Shown here: piece after piece, positions 1 through 13,340 of the stretch
Numbering within the stretch: position 1 is the first letter of the stretch
Layout of the letters: each line of letters starts with the position of its first letter
Source: Octopus sinensis
Lineage: Eukaryota
Assembly (NCBI RefSeq): GCF_006345805.1
Contig: NC_043000.1
Location: 131,130,001 to 131,194,000 of the forward strand
Reading direction: 5' to 3'
Length of the DNA: 64,000 nucleotides
Position numbers and translations under genes: made by a program
Notes under the pieces: model-generated
Told to the model about the DNA's origin: nothing
Seen by the model: only the letters and a program-made list of their open reading frames with translations
Database searches by the model: none

Positions 1-296
1 TTCCTCCTTTCAGGTTTAATAAAATAAAGTACCAGTCAAGTAGTAGGGTCTAAACAATTGATTACTCCCTTCCCTAGAAATTCTCTGGCATAATGCCAAA
101 ATTTGAAACCACCACCACCACCATCATCACTATCATCACAACAATAGCAACAACAAAGCAGTGAGGTAACAGAATCATTAGAGCATCAGACAAAACACAT
201 AAACAGTATTTTGTTTGACTCTTTACATTCTGAGTTGAAATGCTGCTAAGGTCAGCTTTGGCTTTCTTTCTTCCAAAGTGGGAAAAATAAAATACC

Positions 297-528
297 TATT
301 TCTTTATTACCCACAAGGGGCTAAACACAGAGGGGACAAACAAGGACAGACATAGGTATTAAGTCGATTTGCATCGACCCCAGTGCGTAACTGGTACTTA
401 ATTTATCGACCCCGAAAGGATGAAAGACAAAGTCGATCTCGGTGGAATTTGAACTCACAACGTAACGCAGACGAAATACCGCTAAGCATTTTGCCCGGCG
501 TGCTAACATTTCTGTCAGCTCGCCGCCT
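297..528 (-). mobile_element. SINE family B (tRNA head, Meta-domain-like GACTTTGCCTTTCATCCTTTCGGGGTCGATAAA)
   Basis: Full reverse-complement copy. Confidence 0.85.
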
Positions 529-573
529 TAAAATAAAATAAAATACTAATCAAGTGCTAAAGTCAATAGTATT

Positions 574-987
574 AGGTGCAGGAGTGGCTGTGTGGTAAGT
601 AGCTTGCTTACCAACCACATGGTTCCAGCTTCAGTCTCACTGCATGGCACTGTGGGCAAACGTGCGTTACTATAGCCTTGGGCTGACCAAAGCCTTGTGA
701 GTGGATTTGGTAGACGGAAACTGAAAGAAGCCCATCGTATATATGTATATATATATACAGGCGGCGAGCTGGCAGAAACGTTAGCACGCCGGGCGAGATG
801 CGTAGCCGTATTTCGTCTGTCTTTACGTTCCGAGTTCAAATTACGCCGAGGTCGACTTTGCCTTTCATCCTTTCGGGGTCGATAAATTAAGTACCAGTTA
901 CGCACTGGGGTCGATGTAATCGACTTAATCCGTTTGCCTGTCCTTGTTTGTCCCCTCTGTGTTTAGCCCCTTGTGGGTAGTAAAGAA

Positions 988-1019
<32 letters not shown>

Positions 1020-1140
1020 TTGTCCCCCCAACATTGCTTGACAACCAATGCTGGTGTGTTTAGGCCCCCGTAACTTAGCAGTTCGGCAAAAGAGACTGAT
1101 AAAATAAGTACTAGGCTTACAAAGAATAAGTCCTGGGGTC
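574..1140 (+). mobile_element. SINE family A (tRNA head, CORE-like, internal microsatellite), interrupted by family B at 760-990
   Basis: AGGTGCAGGAGTGGCTGTGTGGTAAG head and GGCAC..TGGGCAA domain; 3' part truncated. Confidence 0.8.
760..990 (+). mobile_element. SINE family B inserted in the (TA)n core of a family A SINE
   Basis: GGCGGCGAGCTGGCAGAAACGTTAGC...GTAGTAAAGAAATA. Confidence 0.88.
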
Positions 1141-1314
1141 GGTGGCAGCGGTAGCGCTGGTGGCAGTGACGATGGTGATGGCAGCAGTGGCAGTGCTGAT
1201 GATAGTGGTGATGGCAGTGAGGTTCATGTTGATGTAATTAGACAATATATTGAAAGTGTTGGGGCTCAAGCTTCATATTCTTTATCATTTTCAATTCTAT
1301 ATAAAATACATATA

Positions 1315-1836
1315 CCGTAAATCTTCGAGTATAGCCTGGCCTTGAGTATAATACACAGGTGATTTTTAGGGGGTTGTACCTCTGAAAAACCTAAACCTTG
1401 TGTATAATACACACTCCTTCTCTAACTTGAGTCGTGCGTAATTAAGCCAGCAGCACCTAGTCGAACAAACACTTCCGCGCATGCATAATACAATAATGGC
1501 GATGTTCTTAACTGTTATATGGGAATGTAAATATGCTTGCAAATTGTTTTTGTTGCATGTTATTCTGTGTTCTGAATACTTTTATTTTAATAAATGTTGC
1601 TTATTGCAAATTATGGATGATTCTTTTATGACTTCATTACTTTCAGGCTTAGCTTAAGGCATTTTCGCGCCCGACATCACAAAATGCATCTGAATAAACA
1701 TTGCCGGACAGCAAATAGAGACTTGGACATTGCTTAGAAAATATTTTTTATTTTTAACCTCGTATATAGTACGCACTAGGGATTTTTACCTTTACATTTT
1801 GGGAAAAAAACGCGGATTATACTCGAGGATTTACGG
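1315..1836. mobile_element. Non-autonomous Tc2/pogo-like DNA transposon
   Basis: TIR CCGTAAATC(T/C)TCGAGTATA (18/19 match), with TA flanks at 1313-14 and 1837-38. Confidence 0.8.
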
Positions 1837-2289
1837 TACTTATTTTCTAACTTCCTATTATTCTCCAAAATATTTCCTTACTTTTGGGACACTATGTGTG
1901 TGCAGACTTAAGTCTATTCACTACAGTTAAGTATAACAAACTAATATGTGTGTGAACTTTTGTCTGCCATTAGATATAACCTCATATGTATTTGTATGGA
2001 CATGTGTACATTTTACAATTAAATACACACACATGCACAAAGACACATACACATTAACATGCATACTTTTGTGTGTGTGTGTATGTGGAGGTGCATGGCT
2101 TAGTGGTAGGGTCTTGCACTCATGTTTGGGGCTTTGATTTCTGGACCAGGTAACGAGTTGAGTTTTAGGACAAAACATTTCATTTCACTTTGCTCAAGTT
2201 CACTCAGCGGGCAAAAAGGAGTAATCCAGTGATAGACCAGTGTCCTGTTCAGTGGGGGGAAATCATGATCCTTTAGCGGATATATCCAT

Positions 2290-2620
2290 CTCTCTCTCTC
2301 TCTCTCTACACACACACATAGACACATGCACACAAGCAGACAGAGAGACAGACAGACAGAGAGATAGATAGATAGATGGATGGATGGATGGATGGATGGA
2401 CAGACAGACAGGCAGACAGATGGACGGCCGGACGGTCAGATGGATGGATGGATGGATGGATAAATAGATAGATTGATAGATAGATAGATGGATAAATAGA
2501 TAGATTGATACATACATACATATATACATACATACATTCATACATACATACATACATACATACATACATACATACATACATACATACATAGACAGATAGA
2601 CAGAGAGATAGAAAGATCCT
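2290..2620. repeat. Compound (GATA)/(GATG)/(CATA) microsatellite
   Basis: Direct reading. Confidence 0.95.
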
Positions 2621-3035
2621 TGTCTATATATGATACATACTTTTACAGAGAGAGAGAGAGAGGAGAGTAAGAAATTAATAAAGAGTAAGAGAGAGTGGGG
2701 TGTTGCCTGTTCTCTACATTATCTACTTTGATGAGTGTTTGTATACACGTGTGTGTGTGTGTGTCTAATTGTTTGCATATTTATTCTTCCTTATCTACAT
2801 ATACCTCCACCCTGTTGTAACATCTACTGCATCTTATCTCTCAGATCCAGCCTCAAAATCTTACCCAGTCCTTCCTCCCCCAATACAGCAAACTTCTGGA
2901 ATTCCCAAATCTCCAAAGATTTTTCTTGTATATGTCAAGTTACAAAGGCTCACATCAGTCTCGCCAGTCTGAGAGGGTTGCAAAGGTCACAGACAGTTCT
3001 ACTTTGATTATCTCACAGAAAAAAAAAATGTGTCT

Positions 3036-3071
<36 letters not shown>

Positions 3072-3192
3072 TGTACGTGCATTTGTGTGTGTGTACGTGC
3101 GTTTGTGTGTGTGTGTGTGTGTTTGCATGTGTGTGTGCATTCATGTGTGTGTGGGTGTTTGCCTATATAGTTATGTAAAGACTGTGTGCACA

Positions 3193-3588
3193 GTATGGTA
3201 AGTACCTTGCTTACGAACTACATGGTTGTGGGTTCAGTCCCACTGCGTGGCACTTTGGGCAAGTGTCTTCTACTATGGCCTCAGCCGACCAAAGCTTTGT
3301 GAGTGGATTTGGTAGACGGAAACTGAAAGAAGCCCGTCTTATATATGTATGTATATATATATGTGTGTGTGTGTGTGTATATGTTTGTGTGTCTGTGTTT
3401 GTCCCCCCAACATCACTTGACAAATGATGCTGGTGTGCTTACGTCCCTGTAACTTAGCGGTTCAGCAAAAGAAACCGATAGAATAAGTACTAGGCTTACA
3501 AAGAACAAATCCTGGGGTCGATTTTCTCAACTAAAAGGCGGTGCTCCAGCATGGCCACAGTCAAATGACTGAAACAAGTAAAAGAGTA
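3193..3588 (+). mobile_element. SINE family A
   Basis: Family consensus, ending in an (AAAGAGT) tail. Confidence 0.85.
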
Positions 3589-3624
3589 ATATCTGAACTG
3601 GTATTAATATATTGATGTGAATAT

Positions 3625-4031
3625 TACTCTTTTACTCTTTTACTCGTTTCAGTCATTTGACTGCGGCCATGCTGGAGCACCGCCTTTAATCGAACAAATC
3701 GACCCCGGGACTTATTCTTTTGTAAGCCCTGTACTTATTCTATCGGTCTCTTTTGCCGAACCGCTAAGTAACGGGGACATAAACACACCAGCATCGGTTG
3801 TCAAGCAATGCTTGTGGGACAAACACAGACACACAAACACACATACGCATATATATATATATACATATATACGACGGGCTTCTTTCAGTTTCCGTCTACC
3901 AAATCCACTCACAAGGCTTTGGTCGGCCCGAGGCTATAGTAGAAGACACTTGCCCAAGGTGCCACGCAGTGGGACTGAAGCTGGAACCATGTGGTTGGTA
4001 AACAAGCTACTTACCACACAGCCACTCCTGT
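3625..4031 (-). mobile_element. SINE family A
   Basis: Reverse-complement full copy, tail-to-tail with 3193-3588. Confidence 0.85.
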
Positions 4032-4454
4032 GGAGGGTTTGTGTTCATCTGCACATGTATGTACATGTGTAGAGATTTTTAATCATCAGCATGTGTTTGT
4101 ACGTGTGTGTAAAGGTTTGCATTTATCTGTATAGGTAAATTGTGTTTTGTATGTGTGTGTTGATGTAATTTTGTTTACATGTCTGTTATTTTCAGCTTGT
4201 CTACTTCTAATGAACCTTGCCTTTCAATTCTGTTTGCTATGTGGAACAGCAAGTACATGGGAGAGATAAGAGAGAGAGGGGGAGGGAGAAAAAGAGAGAG
4301 AGAGAGGGGAGAGAGAGAGAGAGAGAGGCAATGTGCTGAAGGTAGAAGAATCTGAATGAGAGACAGAGAAATAAGGCTGGGAAAAGGAGAAAAAGAAAGT
4401 GAGAGAAAAAAGGAGAGTCAGCTTCATTTTCCTTATATACCAAATGTGCTCTCT

Positions 4455-4690
4455 TACTCTCTTTTACTCTTTTACTTGTTTCAGTCATTTGACTGCAGCC
4501 ATGCTGGAGCACCACCTTTAGTCAAACAAATCAACCCCAGGACTTATTCTTTGTAAGCCTAGTACTTATTCTATCATTCTCTTTTGCCGAACCGCTAAGT
4601 TACAGGGATGTAAACACACCAGCATCGGTTGTCAAGCGATGTTTGGGGACAAACACAGACACACAAACATATACATACACATACATATAC

Positions 4691-4741
<51 letters not shown>

Positions 4742-4922
4742 ATATATATATACACATATATACGACAGGCTTTCAATTTCCCTCTACCAAATCCACTCAC
4801 AAGGCTTTGGTGGGCCCGAGGCTATAGTAGAAGACACTTGCCCAAGGTGCCATGCAGTGGGACTGAACCTGGAACCATGTGGTTCGTAAGCAAGCTACTT
4901 ACCATATAGCCACTCTTGCACC
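4455..4922 (-). mobile_element. SINE family A
   Basis: Full copy with an expanded (TA)n core. Confidence 0.85.
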
Positions 4923-5439
4923 TACTTAAATATTTTTAGTACTCTAAGATGTTGAATGATGTTATGGTAAAAAGTGGATGAGAAATAGATCTCCATTAGG
5001 ATAGGTTACCAGTCAGTTCTTAGGTTATATATGTATGTATGTATGCATGTGTGTATGTATGTACATATGTACGTATGCCTTCACTTTTTTTCTTGAGCAT
5101 TCTTTCTAAAAGAGAGCTGGTTTCTAACAAAGAAACAAAAATACTGTTGTGCCTCGAGAGAGTCATTATGCCAATATTACTAACAAACGCACTACTTCAA
5201 TTCCACTCCTTTGTTATTAGTTGGAAATTCAAGTAGCAACAGCAATAATTGTTACATATTGAACTTAAAAAAAGTCTTGCATATTTTTATTGTTCCACTC
5301 ATAAATTGTATCTGTAAAGTTTGCATTACCCAATCTTGTTTTATTTTTTTATTTGGAGACAATGTTTTTATGTTTGTAAACCAGATATTTTCCTGATTGT
5401 CACTTAGTTATTTACTAACATAACTGAGTATACCAATGA

Positions 5440-5640
5440 TTATTGGTATAAATATAAATCTATATAATCAAGGCAGATGAGCTGCAGATTTTGAAGCAGT
5501 TGTCCATAGATCTTCTTGCTGATTTTGAAAGAGATATTCTCATGTGAAAGGCAGTTAACATCTATGACTGCACATAATTTTTCTGTTCCATCCCAAATAA
5601 CTATGTCAAACCTTTTATATTTACACTTAGAAGTTTTGAT
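5440..5640 (-). mobile_element. R4/Dong-like endonuclease-domain fragment
   Basis: KYKRFDIVIWDGTEKLCAVIDVNCLSHENISFKISKKIYGQLLQNLQL resembles the PD-D-K restriction-like endonuclease segment. Confidence 0.55.
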
Positions 5641-5753
5641 GGGAATGTTGCTCTAATGTTCTCTATGTACTTTGTATGTACATATATGCAAATGTATGTA
5701 TATGCATATGTATGTATGTATGTATGTATGTGTGTATGTATGTATGTATGTAT

Positions 5754-5925
5754 AGGCACAGGAGTGGTTGTGTGGTAAGTAGCTTGCTTACCAACTACAT
5801 GGTTCCAGGTTCAGTCCCACTGCGTGGCACCTTGGGCAAAAGTCTTCTACTATAGCCTCAGGCCAACCAAAGCCTTGTTAGTGGATTTGGTAGACGGAAA
5901 CTGAAAGAAGCCCATCGTATATATG

Positions 5926-5958
<33 letters not shown>

Positions 5959-6176
5959 TTGTGTGTCTGTGTTTGTCCCCCCGACATCGCTTGACAACTG
6001 ATGCTGGTGTGTTTGCGTCCCCGTAACCTAGCGGTTTGGCAAAAGAGACCAGTAGAATAAGTAATAGGCTTCCAAAGAATAAGTCCTGTGGTCGATTTGC
6101 TCGGCTAAAAGGCAGTGCTCCAGCATGGCCGCAGTCAAATGACTGAAACAAGTGAAAGAGTAAAAGAGTAAAAAGA
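5754..6176 (+). mobile_element. SINE family A
   Basis: Full copy. Confidence 0.85.
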
Positions 6177-6696
6177 GATCCTTCTTCAAATCTTTGTTTC
6201 TTTCTTTCTCTCTTCATAACTTTTCCTTCTTTTCTTCCTCTCTTCTCATCTTCCTTCTTTTCTTCCTTTCTCACTCTTCTATGCCTGCATTTCATATGTG
6301 GCTGAAATAACACCACTGTTATGGTTACTATTAGTAATCATTCCTTGTGCATTTGTTGTTCTTACTATTATAGCATACACAAAGTTTTCCTTCCCACCGG
6401 TTACTCCTCTTACTGCCACTCTGGCTATCCCACCTCCTCCCTGACTCACCATTTCTAGATAAGATAAAGAGTAAAGTGTAGTCGAAGCAGCATGTTTGGT
6501 TTTATCTGGTGTGTTTCTTCAAACTTTGTTGTCTTGTTTTGTTCCTGACACTTTTTCACTTTATTAAAAGCAACAGTCTCACATCTTCCATAACTATCTC
6601 TCTCATTCCTCTTCGTCACCCTCTCCCATTCACTCTCTATTATCAACCTATCAATCTATTCAGCTATCTAAACACATGCATGCAAACACACACACA

Positions 6697-6746
<50 letters not shown>

Positions 6747-6926
6747 TACATATCTTATTTCTGTTTACTAGACAAAAAAAATTTTTTTACTCAACTTACT
6801 GCCACATACCATCAACATACACACACACAAACATACCACATACACACACACACACATGCACACACCACACATGCACAACAACAACATACAAATAATACAA
6901 TACCACCACAACCACAATTACTACTA

Positions 6927-6963
<37 letters not shown>

Positions 6964-7032
6964 GTTTTCTCACACACTTACAGTTCTATTAGTTTTTCTG
7001 TTTATCTTTTGGTACAGTGGAGGGGAAGGGTA

Positions 7033-7079
<47 letters not shown>

Positions 7080-7200
7080 ATGTGTGTGTGTGTTTAAATG
7101 TTTACTACATTCTACTCTTTCTTTCTCTCTTGTCTTTTTTACTTTACTCTATCTTTCATCTTTTTCTTTTTTTCACCTCCTTCCCTCTATCCTCTCTCCC

Positions 7201-7236
<36 letters not shown>

Positions 7237-7308
7237 ACTCTCTCTTTTCCCCATCTTCTCAGTTTTTGCTTTTACCTAAATCCTCTTGTTTATATGTATG
7301 TGTGTATT

Positions 7309-7349
<41 letters not shown>

Positions 7350-7744
7350 TTCTTTCATTTCTTATTCTAATTTGCTGTTGTGGTTTTTACAAGCCTCTTT
7401 TTTGTATTTTCGTCTTCTTTCGCAAAAAAGTCTCCCTCAACTTCAGGATGTACACAGGAACAGCAGAAACAAAAACAAACAAATTGGTCACTGTGGGTTT
7501 ATACACTTAACTCCAGAATAATGAATAATTTGATTGAGGAAAACTAAAGGATATACACAGATGACACAAGACTAGACAGCAGGGGCAAGAAAAAAAACAG
7601 AAGGGAACAAAAACTGCTGAAATTTTTTCTGTTCCAACACAACAAAACTATGTCAGTATAAACTTTGGTTTGCCTTGTTTGTTTGTTTTGCTAAACATTA
7701 ACACCATTCATACAGAAATTCTTGTCTGACAATCAATTTATCTC

Positions 7745-8440
<696 letters not shown>

Positions 8441-8872
8441 TCTATATATATTCATTTATTTATATCAATGTTTGTATATAATGTACGTGTATATATATAT
8501 TTATACGCGCTCGTGGCCTTTGCTAACCCCCCTCCCCACTAAGATCATATGCATGTGCGTGCTTGTGCATGTGTGTATGTGCATGCGTGTGTATATAGTA
8601 GGAGGTTATAGTTGGAGACACTTGCCCAAGCCACGCAGTGGGAATGAACCCAGAATCATGTGGTTGAAGCTACTTACCACACAGCCATTCATATTAATGT
8701 TATAATGTTATGTCAAGTCAAATATAAAAGCAATTTAACATTAAACAAGAATTACTCAATCCTTTTTTGTAGAGTACAATAAGTGGGGTGGCAGTGACTT
8801 TGAAGACTGTAAAATGATGACTAGCTAGCTAAAATGTCAAAGTCACTGTCACCGTCTTGCCTTGTAAAGAAT

Positions 8873-9283
8873 TAGGAGTGGCTGTGTGGTAAGTAGCTTG
8901 CTAACCAACCACATGATTCTGGGTTCAGTCCCACTGCGTGGCATCTTGGGCAAGTGTCTTCTGCTATAGCCCCGGGCCGACCAATGCCTTGTGAGTGGAT
9001 TTGGTAGACGGAAACTGAAAGAAGCCTGTCGTATATATGTATATATATATATATGTATGTGTGTTTGTTTGTGTGTTTGTCCCCCTAGCATTGCTTGACA
9101 ACCGAAGCTGGTGAGTTTATGTCCCCGTTACTTAGCGGTTCGGCAAAAGAGACCGATAGAATAAGTACTGGGCTTACAAAAAGAATAAGTCCCGGGGTCG
9201 AGTTGCTCGATTAAAGGCGGTGCTCCAGCATGGCCGCAGTCAAATGACGGAAACAAGTAAAAGAGTAAAAGAGTAAAAGAGTA
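8873..9283 (+). mobile_element. SINE family A
   Basis: Full copy. Confidence 0.85.
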
Positions 9284-9616
9284 TATATTGTATATGCTCC
9301 GGAGAAAGAGGCTATGCCAATGGCCTTCACAGATACTTATAAACTTTATTTATACATTGAATCATGAAGCTTTACTTCACTGCTTCTCCAACATTCCCAA
9401 TACTGTTACATTCCTTGAGTGATTTTGAAGAATGGTATAGTTGGGGACAACTTGATATGTGTAGTTCTTCATAACCCATTCTGTATGTATATATATATGT
9501 ATATATATCTTTGGGGCAGCTGATGACAGAAGTGTGTTGGATTGTTGGTCTGGTTGTTATTGTATGAGCGGAATAGTTTTATAAGACATCTATTTGATAT
9601 ATATGTATGTATATAC

Positions 9617-9648
<32 letters not shown>

Positions 9649-9711
9649 ATGTATATATATGTGTATATATATATATATATGTGTGTGTGTATGTATATTT
9701 TTATATATATA

Positions 9712-10050
9712 TACTCTTTTACTCTTTTACCCTTTTACTTGTTTCAGTCATTTGACTGCGGCCATGCTGGAGCACTGCCTTTAATCAAGCAAATCGACTT
9801 GTTCTTTGTAAACACACCAGCATCAGTTGTCAAGCGATGTTGGGGGAGGGGAGGGAAACACTGACACATATATATATATACATATACATATATATGATGG
9901 GCTTCTTTCAGTTTCTGTCTATCAAATCCACTCACAAGGCTTTGGTCAGCCCGAAGCTATAGTAGAAGACACTTGCCCAAGGTGCTACACAGTGGGATCG
10001 AACCTGGAATCATGTGGCTGGTAAGCAATCTACTTACCATACAGCGACTC
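9712..10050 (-). mobile_element. SINE family A (internal deletion)
   Basis: Reverse-complement copy. Confidence 0.8.
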
Positions 10051-10055
10051 ATGTG

Positions 10056-10101
<46 letters not shown>

Positions 10102-10567
10102 TATTATAATTAAATGAGGCAGCTAGTTAGCTGAGTTTTACCAAAAAGGGAAACAATAAATATCATTAAATATGACTGAGGATGTTAGAACACCTATACT
10201 GCTAGAAATAAGAGCTGAAGGGCTCTGTTGTTGTTGTCAATGCACATAAGTGCAGCAGGCATAGGTGGTCAGAAATTGGGGATCATGATATCTCTTTACT
10301 GTAAGGTTTCAACTTTAGGCTGAGGTATCATCAGAAGGGTCGCTGCAGATTGCCAGTTTCCAGATAACCCAGCTACAAGCATATATGTTTACTGTATAAA
10401 AGTTAATGGATGATATGATTTGGCAAATCACTAATGTTTGTACAATTAATTAAATGAAGCAGCTAGTTAGTAGTGTAGGAAAACAATACAGGTCAATAAA
10501 TATGACTGAGGGTGTTACAACACCTACTCTAATAGAAATAAAAGCTAGAGGGCTCTGTTGCTGCTAT

Positions 10568-10644
10568 CAATATATATATATATATATTATATATATATAT
10601 ATATTATATATAATATATATATATATATATAATATATTATATAT

Positions 10645-10677
<33 letters not shown>

Positions 10678-10745
10678 ATATATATATACATATATATATA
10701 TATATAATATATATATATATATAATATATATAATATATATATATG
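10568..10745. repeat. Interrupted (AT)n tract
   Basis: Direct reading. Confidence 0.95.
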
Positions 10746-11650
10746 TATCCATGCTGTTTCTAGGCTGGCATGGGTTGGACAGTTTGACTGAGGGCTGGCA
10801 AGCCAGAAGGCTGCACCAGGCTCCAATCCAATCTGGCAAGGTTTCTACAGCTGTATGCCCTTCCTAATGCTAACCACTCTGAGAGCGTAGTGGATGCTTT
10901 TTATGTACCACCAGCACAAGGGCCAGTCAGGCAGCACTGGCATCGACCATACTTGAATGGTGCTTTTTAGGTGCCACCAGCATGGGAGCCAGTCAAGCGG
11001 CACTAGCAGCAACCATGTTCAAATGGTGCTTGTTACATGCCACCTCCACAGGACCAGTCAGATGGCACTGATGTCAGCCACACTCAGATGGTGCTTTTAC
11101 ATGCCACCAGCTCAGGTGCCATTCAGGCGGTACTGTCATAGGCCACGACAATGACTTCACTTGCCTCAACAGGTCTTCACAAGTGCAGTTTATTGCCCAG
11201 TGATTGAAGGGTACTCTTAAATGGACTGTTTATGCTGCACTGGCATAGACCACAGTACGGTCTCACTTGGCTTACTGGGTCTTCTCAAGCACAAGATATC
11301 TCCAAAGGTCTCACTCACTTATCAGCTCAGTGAGGCCCAATATTCGAAGGTTGTTCTTCACCTCCTCATCCCAGGTCTTCCTGGGTCTACCTCCTCCACA
11401 GGTTCCCTCTACTGCAAGGTTGTGACACTTTTTCACACAGCTGCCCTCATCCATACGCAACACATGACCATACCAGCACAGTCATCTCTCTTGCACACCA
11501 CATCTGATGCTTCTTATGTCCAGCTTTTCTCTCAGAGCGCTTACACTCTGTTGTGTATGCTCACTGACATTACACATCCAGCAGAGTATACTAGCTTCAT
11601 TCCTCACAAGCTTACGCATGTCCTCAGCAGTCACAGCCCATGTTTCACTC
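10745..11650 (-). mobile_element. RTE LINE 3' fragment
   Basis: Homologous to 16750-17520 (3' UTR and ORF end). Confidence 0.8.
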
Positions 11651-11697
11651 TATATATATGTGTGTGTGTGTGTATGCATATATATATATATATATAT

Positions 11698-12275
11698 CCG
11701 TACGACAGGCACCCATGCCAACCCCCTTTGCTTGTGAAGACATGTTGGGGCAAGCGAAATCGAAATCGAATTGAACCAGCCAGGATCCCTGGTCTGGTGG
11801 TACGTAAAAAGCACTATCCGACTCGTGGCCGTGGCACGTAAAATACTCCAATGCGACCGTACGACAGGCACCCTTGCAACCCCCTTTGCTTGTGAAGACA
11901 TGTTGGGGCAAGCGAAATCGAAATCGAATTGAACCAGCCAGGATCCCTGGTCTGGTGGTACGTAAAAAGCACTATCCGACTCGTGGCCGATGCCAGCACC
12001 GCCTCGACTGGCTTCCGTGCCGGTGGCACATAAAATACACCAATCTGACCGTGGCCGTTGCCAGCCCCGCCTGGCACCTGTGCAGGTGGCACGTAAAAAG
12101 CACCCACTACACTCACGGAGTGGTTGGCGTTAGGAAGGGCATCCAGCTGTAGAAACATTGCCAAATTAGACTGGAGCCTGGTGCAGCCTTCTGGCTTCCC
12201 AGAACCCCGGTCGAACCGTCCAACCCATGCTAGCATGGAGAACGGACGTTAAACGACGATGATGATGATGATGAT
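11698..12275 (+). mobile_element. Young RTE-3'UTR-type element with an internal ~134-bp tandem duplication
   Basis: CpG-intact copy of the RTE 3' UTR ending in (GAT)n; direct repeat 11698-11831 / 11857-11989. Confidence 0.75.
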
Positions 12276-12336
12276 ATACACATATATATTTATGCATTCA
12301 TATATATATATATATGTATGTATATATATGTGTATG

Positions 12337-12374
<38 letters not shown>

Positions 12375-12389
12375 TACACACACACACAC

Positions 12390-13340
12390 ATCATCATCAT
12401 CATTATTTAACATCCATTGTCCATGCTGGCATGAGTTGGACTGTTTGACAAAGGCTGGTAAGCCGGATGGCTGCTACAGACTCCTGTCTAATTTAGCATA
12501 GTTTTCTTTGACTGGATATGTCAACCACTCTGAGAGTGTAATGGGTGCTTTTATGTGCCACCGGCTTTTATCTGCCACGACTGCAATTTTACTCAGCTTG
12601 ATGGGTCTTCTTCTCAAGCACAGCATATCGCCAAAGGTCTCAGTCACTAGTCATTGCCTTTGTGGGGCTCAAAGTTCGAAGATCATGCTTCACTACTTCG
12701 TCCCATGTCTTCCTGGGTCTACCTCTACCACAGGTTCCCTCCACAGTTAGATATTGGCACTTCTTTACACAACTGTCCTCATCCATATGCATCACAGGAC
12801 CATACCAGTGCAATCATCGCTCTAGCAACCACATCTGATGCATCTTATGCCTAACTTTTCTCTCAAGATGCTTACACTCTGTCAAACATGTACACTGACA
12901 TTGTTCCACATCCAGCAAAGCAAACTGGCTTCATTTCTTTCAAGCCTACGCATATCCTTGGCTGTCACAGCCCATGTTTCACTGCCATGTAGCATAGCTG
13001 TTCATACGCAGTCTTCATATAATCTGCCTTTCACTCTGAGAGAGAGGCCCTTTGTTGCCAGCAGAGGTAGGAGCTCTCTGAAACTTTGCCCAGCCTAATC
13101 TTATTCTCACAGCTACACACTTGGAGCATCATCTCCATGACTAACTTGGTCACTTAGATAACAGAAGCTATCTACTGCCTGGCAGTTGATGGATTCTATT
13201 TTCTGCACATTTTCTGTATTTATTATACCTGTCATCTTCCACATACAAAAGCTAGTTTCCCTATTAACCTTCCTCTGATATTGCTGCACCTTTTATGTGT
13301 CTAAAGCTTACATTAGGTGCATTTTATGTAGTTTCTATCT
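12390..13340 (-). mobile_element. RTE LINE 3' fragment
   Basis: (CAT)n tail followed by sequence homologous to 16737-17860. Confidence 0.8.

Noticed and set aside
1140-1230. Gly/Ser/Asp-rich coding-like stretch (GGTGGCAGC...)
   Set aside because: It is degenerate trinucleotide low-complexity sequence without splice context; similar CAC/CAT tracts occur at 18980-19400.
2263-2589. Numerous ORFs such as MYVCMYVC..., YIYIYI..., HTHTHT..., LSIYLSIY... (also 8088-8705, 26129-26511, 35776-36176 etc.)
   Set aside because: They are translations of stop-free microsatellites, with no splice or domain evidence.
5440-5560. LDYIDLYL, resembling an aldo-keto reductase motif
   Set aside because: The upstream in-frame sequence matches an R4/Dong-type endonuclease segment, and there is no other AKR motif.
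11698-11989. Direct repeats as a possible CRISPR array
   Set aside because: There are only two ~134-bp units inside a retroelement UTR in eukaryotic DNA, with no repeat-spacer periodicity and no cas genes.
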